Counted from the stretch's first letter, positions 8,836-17,637 are shown. The stretch: DNA of 64,000 nucleotides from Candidatus Omnitrophota bacterium (GCA_041651115.1 JBAZJY010000005.1:6405-70404), one strand, 5' to 3'. Notes: generated from the sequence alone by a model not told the origin. Translations and numbers: made by a program.

Positions 8836-9306
8836 ATGATAGATCTGTTAAAGACGACAAGAAAACTAGCCCAGAGCCTTATTGAATACGTGATGATCTT
8901 TGCGATCGTCGCTGCGGCGCTGGGGGTAACTTATAAATATGTTTACCGTTCAATGAACGCGCGTTTGGATGATATACAGGATGTGGTAACTCCTGACCGG
9001 CCTGACGGCGGCAATTGGGATCTGCCCGACGTTGATCCGCCGGATGATCCTGAGCCGCCGAATACGGATTTAGAGAGTTGCCTTGCCGGTAATGACGCGG
9101 AATGTAACCAGCGTTTACAAGAAGGCATAGAATATTGTTGCGTGGAGTGTTGCGGCGCTGTTATGGCTGCTTGTAATGCTAATCCAAGCGACAGCGGTAT
9201 TTGTAACCCGGGTGCTCCCAGTAATGGTTGCCGCTATCCAGAGATTACCAATTGTCAGCAAAGCGGTGAGGCCCAGAGGGATATTTGCTGCGAGAATAAA
9301 TATTAA
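8836..9306 (+). CDS. Flp-type pilin paralog P2 with a 12-Cys C-terminal domain
   Basis: ATG 1 nt after the P1 stop. Leader MIDLLKTTRKLAQSLIEY plus VMIFAIVAAALGV. Pro/Asp-rich linker, then 12 Cys including CC pairs (YCCVECCG, DICCENKY). Confidence 0.6.
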   Translation: MIDLLKTTRKLAQSLIEYVMIFAIVAAALGVTYKYVYRSMNARLDDIQDVVTPDRPDGGNWDLPDVDPPDDPEPPNTDLESCLAGNDAECNQRLQEGIEYCCVECCGAVMAACNANPSDSGICNPGAPSNGCRYPEITNCQQSGEAQRDICCENKY

Positions 9307-9322
9307 CGCGGGTAAAGAAAAG

Positions 9323-9841
9323 ATGAAGAGACCTTACAGATTAGCCCAGAGTCTTATTGAATACGTGATGATCTTTGTGATCGTCGCTGCGGCAGTAGGG
9401 GTAACTTATAAATATATTTATCGCGCAATAAACGCGCGCTTAAAAAACACGCAGGATGAGCTGAACTATAGCCGTTCTGTTGAGGGAGTGGAAGCAGATG
9501 AGTATAATGACGGCAGCGGAGATAAAATTGAGACTTCTGTCGGGAATACTCGTCCGGGCTGTGAGTCTTGCCCGGATAATTGTCGGTCGCGGGTAGTAGC
9601 AACAGGCCGCGGCGGACCTAGTGCGGGTAATTGGGGGGTTGAGTGGTATTGCGCACCGGCTACAGGCGGAAACACAGGTGGAGATACAGGCGGAAACACA
9701 GGTGGAGATACAGGCGGAAACACAGGTGGAGATACCGGCGGTGACACAGGTGGGAATACCGGTGGTTGTCCTGCCGGCTCGCATCGGGTTTGTCATCCAT
9801 GCGGCCGCGGGGATACTTGTTGTAATTGCGTAGGCAATTAA
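9323..9841 (+). CDS. Flp-type pilin paralog P3 with Gly-rich repeats and a 10-Cys C-terminal domain
   Basis: Leader MKRPYRLAQSLIEY plus VMIFVIVAAAVGV. GCESCPDNC motif shared with P1. (GGNTGGDTGG)n repeat encoded by a 30-nt DNA tandem repeat. C-terminal CPAGSHRVCHPCGRGDTCCNC. Confidence 0.6.
   Translation: MKRPYRLAQSLIEYVMIFVIVAAAVGVTYKYIYRAINARLKNTQDELNYSRSVEGVEADEYNDGSGDKIETSVGNTRPGCESCPDNCRSRVVATGRGGPSAGNWGVEWYCAPATGGNTGGDTGGNTGGDTGGNTGGDTGGDTGGNTGGCPAGSHRVCHPCGRGDTCCNCVGN
9655..9765 (+). repeat. 30-nt tandem repeat (about 3.5 copies) inside pilin P3, encoding (GGNTGGDTGG)n
   Basis: acaggcggaaacacaggtggagat acaggcggaaacacaggtggagat acaggcggaaacacaggtggagataccggcggtgacacaggtgggaat. Confidence 0.8.
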
Positions 9842-9897
9842 TGTTGAGCGATCTTAATATGAACAAAAAACAGCAAAACGAAGGAGGTGAAAGAGAA

Positions 9898-10095
9898 ATG
9901 AGAAAGATGAGAAGGGAAGGACAGAGTATTCTTGAATACACCCTGCTTTTGGGTGCGATAATTGCAGTAATCGTAGCGGTTTTATTAGGTGGCCAAAGCA
10001 GCATGAAAGGTAAGGTAGAGGATACGTACGATGCGTTTGGTAATGCAATAAGCAATACGGCAAACGATGCGGATATCGGCGTGCTTACTCCGTAA
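9898..10095 (+). CDS. canonical short Flp pilin P4 (66 aa)
   Basis: GGAGGTG RBS. MRKMRREGQSILEY with the G-XXXX-EY Flp prepilin motif, then LLLGAIIAVIVAVLLGG. Typical Flp size. Confidence 0.75.
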   Translation: MRKMRREGQSILEYTLLLGAIIAVIVAVLLGGQSSMKGKVEDTYDAFGNAISNTANDADIGVLTP

Positions 10096-10114
10096 CGGAT
10101 AAGGAGGTAGTAAA

Positions 10115-10507
10115 ATGTTTCTAAGGAAGAAAGGACAATCTACTGCCGAATACGCGATTGTCATCGGCTTAGTGATTGCCGTGGCAGCAGGCATACTTCA
10201 GGTTGCCTTAAAAGGCGGCATCCGGCAGAAGAATAAACAGGCTACGGATTATTTGGTTGGTGAGAATGACGGCACAGACGGCGGTGCAGGCGGCTACGCG
10301 GCAATGAACGCCCAGATCGCATTAGGTGATCCTGCTGAACTCTACACCCAGGAAATGCGCGATACTACGGTTTTAGGCGGAGATGCCAACTACGTAGATG
10401 AAAGCGTAATGCTTAAAGGCGGAGCAGAGGAAAGACGGCAGAAGCAGGTTACCGAGACAACAGCTGTCAGCGTAGAGGCTATTGAAGGCGTAACAACGGG
10501 GAATTAA
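10115..10507 (+). CDS. Flp-type pilin paralog P5
   Basis: AAGGAGGT RBS. MFLRKKGQSTAEY plus AIVIGLVIAVAAGILQ. Confidence 0.7.
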   Translation: MFLRKKGQSTAEYAIVIGLVIAVAAGILQVALKGGIRQKNKQATDYLVGENDGTDGGAGGYAAMNAQIALGDPAELYTQEMRDTTVLGGDANYVDESVMLKGGAEERRQKQVTETTAVSVEAIEGVTTGN

Positions 10508-10548
10508 ACCGTACCGTAGATCAAAAAGTCATAGGGAGGTGAGCAATA

Positions 10549-11004
10549 ATGTTAAGGCGCAATAGTGGTCAATCAATAGTGGAGTACGCTATTCTTTTAG
10601 GCGTAATCATCGCGGCCTTATTGATCATGCAGGCATTCATCAAAAGAGGCTATCAGGGCGGCCTGAAAGATTCCGCGGACAAGATGGGCGAGCAGTTTTC
10701 CGCAGGAAATACCACAATCAAACAGGCAAGGACAATGGCAGAGGATCAAACTATCAGGGAAGCAGTGGCAACTGATGATGAAATAGCGCTGTTTACCGGC
10801 GACGTAGGCATAGCAGACGTACCGCGTACGCTTGACGCAGGCGCTTATTCTTATAGCGAGCGCAGCCCGGTGGAAATAGCTTCTACCACGCACGTAGTAA
10901 CTGACAGCGCTGATCAGGAAGCAACAAGAAAAGACGCATACGCTAATGTGCAAGTGACCAACTTTCAGTTTGTCAGTCCTGATAGTGATTTTGAAAGGCC
11001 GTAA
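10549..11004 (+). CDS. Flp-type pilin paralog P6
   Basis: GGGAGGTG RBS. MLRRNSGQSIVEY plus AILLGVIIAALLIMQ. Confidence 0.7.
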   Translation: MLRRNSGQSIVEYAILLGVIIAALLIMQAFIKRGYQGGLKDSADKMGEQFSAGNTTIKQARTMAEDQTIREAVATDDEIALFTGDVGIADVPRTLDAGAYSYSERSPVEIASTTHVVTDSADQEATRKDAYANVQVTNFQFVSPDSDFERP

Positions 11005-11017
11005 TAAGGTGGAAAAA

Positions 11018-11209
11018 ATGAAAAGACCCCTTAAGAGAGGACAGAGTATTCTTGAATACGCCCTGCTTTTGGGCGCGATAATCGCAGTGATCGTCGCAGC
11101 TTTACTGGGCAGAGGCGGTATCCAGAGTAAGGTGAGGAATAGTTATGATACTTTCGGAGATGCGATTGAGAGCACGACAACTGATCTAACAAGCAGTGTA
11201 TTTAGATAA
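11018..11209 (+). CDS. canonical short Flp pilin P7 (paralog of P4)
   Basis: AAGGTGG RBS. MKRPLKRGQSILEY plus ALLLGAIIAVIVAALLG. 64 aa. Confidence 0.75.
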   Translation: MKRPLKRGQSILEYALLLGAIIAVIVAALLGRGGIQSKVRNSYDTFGDAIESTTTDLTSSVFR

Positions 11210-11221
11210 GGAGGTAGTAAA

Positions 11222-11581
11222 ATGTTTCTAAGGAAGAAAGGACAATCTACTGCCGAATACGCGATTGTCATCGGCTTAGTGATTGCCGTGGCAGCAGGCA
11301 TACTTCAGGTTGCCTTAAAAGGCGGCATCCGGCAGAAGAATAAAAAAGCAGTGGATTTCTTAGTCGGCGCAGGCAATGACGTTGCTGCCTTTAGCAATGC
11401 CGCGTCCACAGACATCCAACTCTACACCCAGGAAATGCGCGATACTACGGTTTTAGGCGGAGATGCCAACTACGTAGATGAAAGCGTAATGCTTAAAGGC
11501 GGAGCAGAGGAAAGACGGCAGAAGCAGGTTACCGAGACAACAGCTGTCAGCGTAGAAACAATTGACGCTGCAGGACAATAA
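11222..11581 (+). CDS. Flp-type pilin paralog P8 (duplicate of P5)
   Basis: RBS and first ~40 aa identical to P5, and the C-terminal ~45 aa are near-identical. The middle segment has diverged. Confidence 0.7.
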   Translation: MFLRKKGQSTAEYAIVIGLVIAVAAGILQVALKGGIRQKNKKAVDFLVGAGNDVAAFSNAASTDIQLYTQEMRDTTVLGGDANYVDESVMLKGGAEERRQKQVTETTAVSVETIDAAGQ

Positions 11582-11603
11582 AAAATTAGGGAGGTGAGCA
11601 ATA

Positions 11604-12059
11604 ATGTTAAGGCGCAATAGTGGTCAATCAATAGTGGAGTACGCTATTCTTTTAGGCGTAATCATCGCGGCCTTATTGATCATGCAGGCATTCATCAAAA
11701 GAGGCTATCAGGGCGGCCTGAAAGATTCCGCGGACAAGATGGGCGAGCAATATTCTGCCGGCGGAACAACGATCCATAAAAGGAACGCGTTAGGCGCGGG
11801 AGGCCAGCAGATCGTAGAAGAAGTAGCGACAGTAGACGGGTCATCGCCGCTTGCTACTCTTAGCGGGCTTACGCCGGTAGGCACAATCGGCGGCGGAAAG
11901 AGCGCCTATTCTCTGAATACCAGGACAGGCGATACGATGACCTCAACCACAAAAGTGGATACTGACGATGCCCGGCACGAAGCGACAAGAGTGGCGGATT
12001 ACGGCGATGTGTCCAGTTCGGGAGGTAATTTCGCGCTGAGCGATAACGTTGATTTTTAA
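11604..12059 (+). CDS. Flp-type pilin paralog P9 (duplicate of P6)
   Basis: RBS and first ~55 aa identical to P6. The C-terminal half has diverged. Confidence 0.7.
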   Translation: MLRRNSGQSIVEYAILLGVIIAALLIMQAFIKRGYQGGLKDSADKMGEQYSAGGTTIHKRNALGAGGQQIVEEVATVDGSSPLATLSGLTPVGTIGGGKSAYSLNTRTGDTMTSTTKVDTDDARHEATRVADYGDVSSSGGNFALSDNVDF

Positions 12060-12082
12060 GCAGCTAAAAACGGGACAGTGCA

Positions 12083-12409
12083 ATGTTTATAAAAAAGAAT
12101 GGCCAGAGCCTGATGGAATACGCGATACTCTTCAGCGTAGTCGCGGCAGCGCTGTTGATCATGCAGTTTTACGTCAAGCGCGCATACCAGGGCAGGATAA
12201 AGCAGGACGCCGATGAGGTTGGCCAGCAGTATTCTCCGGGCCACACTGCATCTTCGATTTATACCAATACGATGGCAACAAGCACGACCTGCATCGGCGG
12301 CAACTGCTTTGGCCAGGATATTCCCATGGGTATGACCGTGACGAGCGGCAGTACAAGCACGACAATGAGAAAACGGGAAGGGGTTGATTCCTTTGCTTCC
12401 GAGAGGTAG
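12083..12409 (+). CDS. Flp-type pilin paralog P10
   Basis: MFIKKNGQSLMEY plus AILFSVVAAALLIMQ. VKRAYQGRIKQDADEVGQQYSPG is paralogous to the matching segment of P6/P9. Confidence 0.65.
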   Translation: MFIKKNGQSLMEYAILFSVVAAALLIMQFYVKRAYQGRIKQDADEVGQQYSPGHTASSIYTNTMATSTTCIGGNCFGQDIPMGMTVTSGSTSTTMRKREGVDSFASER

Positions 12410-12764
12410 GGCATGCCGCAACAGCGGCTATAGCGTAGTGATGTGGGCAGCAATGTTTGCCGTAATGGTGGGCATGGTGCTTTTTTTCCGCACGCCGATA
12501 AAACGGGCGATGCAGGGGAAAATAAACGATATGGCTGATTATATGTTTTGGACCAAATGGGGCCAGGCGCGTGAGCAATATAAGGGCGATGACACCGGTT
12601 ATACCAAGACAGATACTACCACCATTTCAAGAACAGAACTGGCAGACCGGAGAGGATTTGTTACTTCGGCAATGGATATTTCCGTAGGCGACAGCACCTC
12701 AACTACCGGCGTGAATGACGGGGATCAGGACGCATTGAAAAGCATTGACCTTAACGCTATTTAG
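12384..12764 (+). CDS. degenerate pilin-like paralog, possible pseudogene
   Basis: RNSGYSVVMWAAMFAVMVGMVLFF aligns to RNSGQSIVEYAILLGVIIAALLIM of P6/P9 but the EY is lost, there is no in-frame ATG with an RBS (TTG/GTG only), and it overlaps the P10 stop. IKRAMQGKINDMADYM is conserved with paralogs. Confidence 0.3.
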   Translation: MIPLLPRGRACRNSGYSVVMWAAMFAVMVGMVLFFRTPIKRAMQGKINDMADYMFWTKWGQAREQYKGDDTGYTKTDTTTISRTELADRRGFVTSAMDISVGDSTSTTGVNDGDQDALKSIDLNAI

Positions 12765-12771
12765 CCATAAA

Positions 12772-13584
12772 ATGAAAAAGAATAGGCATAACGATCATAA
12801 AATAATGGGTCAGGCAGCAGTTGAGCTGGCTATTTTCGGCAGTCTGGTGGTATTGGCTTTTTCTGTCCTTATAATGTACGGCCAGCGTTTTGACAACCAG
12901 CAGGAAATAAAAATGGAAGCGTTCCGTCGTGCCCTGCAAAAAGCTTATGAGCGTAATTCAAGCGTAAGTTATACCTATAAAAAAGAAGGCCGTAACTTGA
13001 ACCTTTTCGGCGCGTTTGGCCGCGGCCAGCCCTCTACCGTAGTTTCCACGGCCAGCGTAATGTGGCAAAAAGGCGTATCCGGCGAGCAGGACAGCAGCGG
13101 AAAAGAAAACTTCGCTTATTACCGGATCAACGACTATATGGTAGGCGATGAGATGGGCCTTCCGCGTTATCCTAAACACGTAGAAAGCCTTAGCGGCAAA
13201 AAGGAAAGGGTCCGGGTGCCTGCCAGCGTTTATTCCGAGGAAACGGAAAGAACAGAGATTTACGGTTCCAGCGTAGGCAAGCGCGAGAGCGCTGCGAGCA
13301 TAATTAATACCGCGACTTCCGACTTGACCGATACCGTTTATACAAAATTGCATGTGCGCGTTGACCATTCATACGACGACAATCCTCATGACAATTCAGT
13401 GCCCTTACCGGACTATGCGTATGAAGATCACAGCTATGATAACGAAGGTTCGCAAACAGTCCAATCCGTGCCGGGGGTTTCTCTTGGCGCTTACTCTAAG
13501 GATGCTACCAATCGCGTGAGCTACCGCCAAGATCAGGTTGGCACAACCATTCACCGCGAAAGGACATGGCAAACTGATAATTAA
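12772..13584 (+). CDS. TadE/TadF-like pseudopilin
   Basis: N-terminus GQAAVELAIFGSLVVLAF matches the TadE-like signature (G-x-x-x-VE-F/L-A plus a hydrophobic helix). ~270 aa is typical of TadE/TadF. Confidence 0.55.
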   Translation: MKKNRHNDHKIMGQAAVELAIFGSLVVLAFSVLIMYGQRFDNQQEIKMEAFRRALQKAYERNSSVSYTYKKEGRNLNLFGAFGRGQPSTVVSTASVMWQKGVSGEQDSSGKENFAYYRINDYMVGDEMGLPRYPKHVESLSGKKERVRVPASVYSEETERTEIYGSSVGKRESAASIINTATSDLTDTVYTKLHVRVDHSYDDNPHDNSVPLPDYAYEDHSYDNEGSQTVQSVPGVSLGAYSKDATNRVSYRQDQVGTTIHRERTWQTDN

Positions 13585-13585
13585 T

Positions 13586-15082
13586 ATGAGATCTAAAAAG
13601 TCCCAGTCAATTTTTGATTACACACTTGCCTTTATTGCCTTGGCAGCGCTGGTAGTGGGCATTGTCCGCACCTGGGTCTGGTTCAACGCCAACTATGCCA
13701 AGCGCCAGATGGCTTATCAGACCAGTCGTATTGTTGCCGGCGGCCGCACCTGGCTTGAAGATACCCCAACGGCTTTTGATACTCCTTACGAGGTTCCTTA
13801 TGATATCGGCGCTACCCAGGAAAGCCCCAGCCGTATTTATCAACCCCTTCCTTTGAATAATAACTGGGTATTCGGCGGTCTGGCTTCAGGCAGCACAGGC
13901 GTTGCTGTTGTCGGCGGAGAAGACTGGGTCGGCGGTTTAGGCGCCTGCGGGGACCAATGCACCCAAGAGTGCATTGGTGACACAGCGTGTTATTCAGGAG
14001 TCGGAGATTTTAACACCCTTTGCAGCTGTTACCAGGCTTGTTTTTCAGAATGTAATTGTTTAAGGCAGATATCGCCCATGACCACTCTCTATGCGTCGCA
14101 AATAAGGGATATTTGCGGCCCGGATAACGATTGTAATGTTTCTACTTGCGTTTATTCCGATTGTGAAACTACTGCCGGCTGCGGTCTTGCCTGTAATATG
14201 CGCTGGAGCGCGCAGAGGATGCGGGATGCCGCAGAGCGCTGCGATGACTTTTGGGACGGGCCGTGCAACTGGTTTGGCGGCGGAAGGTCAGCCAGGCAGC
14301 TTAGAGCAGCGGCAAAAGAACTTATCAGGATGGCCTGGCAGCAGGAAATGGGAGCAAGGTTGTCAGGGCGTTCTTCCGTGCGTTTACAGCGTTGCTGTGA
14401 GATGCAGACTGATCTTTTAGCAGCGCAGTGCATGGAAACCGCGCAGAGTACAAATGAATGCGATGCCAATTGCCTGGAGGCCGCTATTGATGTTTTTTAT
14501 GCATGCGTAGAGCGGGGAGTTGATATGGGAATGGTTACCGTTCATCTTGACGGCCCTTGTTTTGTAGAAGCGGAAATCCATAATACTTTTTGCGCTGTTG
14601 CATGCATGACCGGGGAAAACGTACCTTGCGAGGACAAAGTAACGACGCACATTAACGGCTTAAATAGTCAGATAGATGCTTATGAACAGATTATTGAAGA
14701 TAATGAAGATCTTGTAGAAGAAATAGGGGATGTGCTTGCGCAGGCCGCAGCTGCTGCAAGCACAGCTTGTGCTTATAGCAATGATACTTCCTGTTATGCC
14801 GCGGCAAGAAACGATTACTGCATGAACAACTGTTGCCGGGGAGGGGCTTGGGGCAGGGCTTGCGATGAGCCTGCGGAAAACTGCGATAATTGCGCGGGAG
14901 ATGAGTCTTGTCCTGCGTGCGGGCTTTCCCAGCTTAGCGCCAATGTCCAGGCTCAAAATGAAAACTTTGAAGAGGCGATATTAGCGATGCAGGAGGCGAT
15001 CGCGGCTTTGCCGGCCTGCTGCGATGAAGCCGTTGCGATCGTGCAGGACAGGTGCATCAGTAATATAATCAATAACCTATAA
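13586..15082 (+). CDS. Flp/TadE-like prepilin N-terminus fused to a ~400-aa domain with about 40 cysteines
   Basis: MRSKKSQSIFDY plus TLAFIALAALVVGIV, then a domain dense in C-x-x-x-C and CC motifs (GACGDQCTQECIGDTACY, CSCYQACFSECNC, CMNNCCRGG, ENCDNCAGDESCPACG). Confidence 0.6.
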   Translation: MRSKKSQSIFDYTLAFIALAALVVGIVRTWVWFNANYAKRQMAYQTSRIVAGGRTWLEDTPTAFDTPYEVPYDIGATQESPSRIYQPLPLNNNWVFGGLASGSTGVAVVGGEDWVGGLGACGDQCTQECIGDTACYSGVGDFNTLCSCYQACFSECNCLRQISPMTTLYASQIRDICGPDNDCNVSTCVYSDCETTAGCGLACNMRWSAQRMRDAAERCDDFWDGPCNWFGGGRSARQLRAAAKELIRMAWQQEMGARLSGRSSVRLQRCCEMQTDLLAAQCMETAQSTNECDANCLEAAIDVFYACVERGVDMGMVTVHLDGPCFVEAEIHNTFCAVACMTGENVPCEDKVTTHINGLNSQIDAYEQIIEDNEDLVEEIGDVLAQAAAAASTACAYSNDTSCYAAARNDYCMNNCCRGGAWGRACDEPAENCDNCAGDESCPACGLSQLSANVQAQNENFEEAILAMQEAIAALPACCDEAVAIVQDRCISNIINNL

Positions 15083-15099
15083 TTAAAAGAGATGCTGCG

Positions 15100-16428
15100 A
15101 TGATCAAGATATCCCGGAATAAAGCGCGTTATGAAAAAGGCCAGATATTCCCGTTTCTTATTGCCGTATTGGTAGTCATTTTGATCGCAATAATGATTAC
15201 GGTCAACCTTGGCCAAGTCGGGATGCTTAAGGTTGATACATCCAATGCGGCAGATGCCGGAGCGCTTGCCGCGGCCAGCACTTTAAGCGGTTATTTGTTG
15301 GGTTTTGGCCTAAAAAGCGATTTTATGGAAGCGCATATGATCACTACCGAAATCTGGGCGGTGATTAACTTTCTGGTGCATTGCGGGGATGGGCCTTATG
15401 GCTGGATAGTCGGACTGGTCCTGGCGCTTATCACCCATATCGCCGGCATGATCAAGAACTTCATAGAATATTTTATCGCGCTCACCGAAGGTAAAATGGC
15501 TTGGGGCCAGGCGAAAAAAACTGCTTTTCAGTATGCTTTTCAAAACGCCGGGGTAGATGAGGTGCGGCCGACTTTCCGGCAGTTCCTGGAGGGCGTATAT
15601 GGGATTTCCGGCGATGAAATAAACGATGTTTCGCCGGCAGACATGGCGCATTACTACAATGTTTATTCCATTGGCGATGATCCCAATAACGCCGGCTTAA
15701 GAAGCCTGATAAAGCAATATACGCAAACCGGATTTAACAAATATATGGAAGAAGCCAGGTATTGGAGATGGGGAAAGATCGCGCCGTGGGAAGGGACTTT
15801 TCCGCCGCGCGTGACTTCCGGTTACGGGTGGAATGATGATGGCACAAACGTCTGTACGGGCAGTAATGATTGCAGGGTTAATGAAGGCGAAGCGTATAAA
15901 AATTACGAAAACTGGGTAGAAGTTGAAATAATGGGTAACATAATGTATCCCCTTGATATATACAGCCCGCTTGCCGAACTTTTTGAAGCGGCCAGGGACC
16001 GGATCCTTGATGCGATTGAAGATGCAGATATGTGGGGCTGGGTAGAAGATATAGCCGATTTCGTCGTCAATCTGATATTCGGAATTACTGCCGGATCTAC
16101 GCAATTTACTTTTCCCGCCGGCTTGGAAATGAGCCCCATAGTGCCCAATACAAGACAAAATCCCATGCATGTCTGGGTCAGGCGCTACAAGAAGAATAAA
16201 GATATTGGACTATGGAATTTTGATTATGGAACCAGCGAATCGTATGCCCAGGGACGCGCTTTTGGCGAAAGAGGAACTGAAGATATTACGCCTGCATTAA
16301 GCGGCCAGATATCGGGATTTATAACCCAATGGATTGACAGCGGAGATAAGCCGGAAGTAGATGACATGTATGACATGTTTGATACCAGTCAGCATTTGTT
16401 TGAAACCGAAATTTCATACGCGAGGTAG
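15100..16428 (+). CDS. TadG-like pilus assembly protein
   Basis: KGQIFPFLIAVLVVILIAIMITVNLGQVGMLKVDTSNAADAGALAAASTL matches the TadE/G-like N-terminal signature (hydrophobic helix, then VD...A.DAAALAAA). Confidence 0.6.
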   Translation: MIKISRNKARYEKGQIFPFLIAVLVVILIAIMITVNLGQVGMLKVDTSNAADAGALAAASTLSGYLLGFGLKSDFMEAHMITTEIWAVINFLVHCGDGPYGWIVGLVLALITHIAGMIKNFIEYFIALTEGKMAWGQAKKTAFQYAFQNAGVDEVRPTFRQFLEGVYGISGDEINDVSPADMAHYYNVYSIGDDPNNAGLRSLIKQYTQTGFNKYMEEARYWRWGKIAPWEGTFPPRVTSGYGWNDDGTNVCTGSNDCRVNEGEAYKNYENWVEVEIMGNIMYPLDIYSPLAELFEAARDRILDAIEDADMWGWVEDIADFVVNLIFGITAGSTQFTFPAGLEMSPIVPNTRQNPMHVWVRRYKKNKDIGLWNFDYGTSESYAQGRAFGERGTEDITPALSGQISGFITQWIDSGDKPEVDDMYDMFDTSQHLFETEISYAR

Positions 16429-16432
16429 AACT

Positions 16433-17284
16433 ATGCTTAGACAAAAGAATATCTTGATTGCGGCAGTTGTTTTAGCATTGATCACGGTATTTTGCCTGCC
16501 CGGTTTTGCGCAAGCCAATGTTGATTTTGAAGTGCCGGTGCCCGAAGGCAGTAGTTTAGTAGAAGATAGGGATATTGCTATGGGGGGCAGGCAGATAAAG
16601 ATAAAGGTTTATACTGCTCCCGTGAGCAGCGCAGCCATCCTGGGCTATTACCGGAGTTTTTTCAGCCAACAGGGGTTCCAGAAAATCCTGGATAAACCCG
16701 AACCGGAGTTAAACAAGCACCTCTTGCGTTTTAAGCAAGGTGATGCGGTAGTTGCCATCGGTGTCTTGAATAAGCCCGGGATAAACAAGATAGTGATTGC
16801 CCGTTATTTGCAGAAAGCCGGCCAGCTTCCTCCGGAAAAATCCGGCGTTTCTTTGACGGAGCTTTTTTCTATGGTGCCGAAAAAAGAGGCTGCAGGCAAG
16901 GATTTGGCAGCTGTGCCCCGCCCGGATAATAGTATCAGGGCGGCTTTTACGGAGCGCGGCGATCATACGCAGCTTTTGTATATCGCGCCGATGAACGCAG
17001 TATCCGTAGTTGATTTTTACAAGAAAGAAATGGAAGCCCAGGGATGGGAGTTAAAAAGGGAGGTTCTCGGCTCTGAAGGCCTGGGTGCTTACGGGATAGC
17101 TAAAGAAGACGCCTTTACCCCGGAAAATCCTATTCTTGAAAGGCCGGGCCATAAGCAGGTCATCCAGGAGATGTCTATACTTGAGTTCAGCGCTGATTTT
17201 GGCGACGCGGAAATAACTATTTTACCGGATCCCAGCCAGGCCCCTGCTGGTTCCGTAATTAAAATTGAGTACGATGAAAAATGA
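16433..17284 (+). CDS. secreted hypothetical protein with an internally duplicated ~110-aa domain
   Basis: GAGG RBS. Signal peptide MLRQKNILIAAVVLALITVFCLPGFAQA. Two similar halves (ILGYYRSFFSQQGFQKI and VVDFYKKEMEAQGWEL). No recognised family. Confidence 0.5.
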   Translation: MLRQKNILIAAVVLALITVFCLPGFAQANVDFEVPVPEGSSLVEDRDIAMGGRQIKIKVYTAPVSSAAILGYYRSFFSQQGFQKILDKPEPELNKHLLRFKQGDAVVAIGVLNKPGINKIVIARYLQKAGQLPPEKSGVSLTELFSMVPKKEAAGKDLAAVPRPDNSIRAAFTERGDHTQLLYIAPMNAVSVVDFYKKEMEAQGWELKREVLGSEGLGAYGIAKEDAFTPENPILERPGHKQVIQEMSILEFSADFGDAEITILPDPSQAPAGSVIKIEYDEK

Positions 17285-17601
17285 AAAAAAATAGCCAAAC
17301 AATATTGGATTATGTTATACTACTGCTGGTTGTGATTACTGCCTTGATGATCATGGGGCATTATGTGAGGAACAGCCTCTCCGGAAAAATGCGCGAAGGC
17401 GCAGATGTATTTTCGCAGGGAGAAGTTTACAGCAACGCGAATACGCACATAACGGAGAACACCATAACGAACGAGGGCGGGTCTATAGATATTGACCTTA
17501 GCGGCCTTGAAGGTCTTAATCTTACCGGCCTTGATTTCACTTGGCTCAACAACTGGACTTTATTTGATGTTGATTTTGGCGGCTGCCCGTTTTGTTGGTA
17601 A
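17281..17601 (+). CDS. Flp-type pilin paralog P13
   Basis: ATGA overlap with the upstream stop. MKKNSQTILDY plus VILLLVVITALMIMG. C-terminal GGCPFCW. Confidence 0.55.
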   Translation: MKKNSQTILDYVILLLVVITALMIMGHYVRNSLSGKMREGADVFSQGEVYSNANTHITENTITNEGGSIDIDLSGLEGLNLTGLDFTWLNNWTLFDVDFGGCPFCW

Positions 17602-17637
17602 GTAAGTCATAAGCCGGAAAATTAAAAAAACGGAATA

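Noticed and set aside
9640-9780. Short direct repeats, considered as a possible CRISPR array
   Set aside because: They are 30-nt contiguous tandem repeats with no spacers, in-frame inside pilin P3. This is a coding VNTR, not CRISPR.
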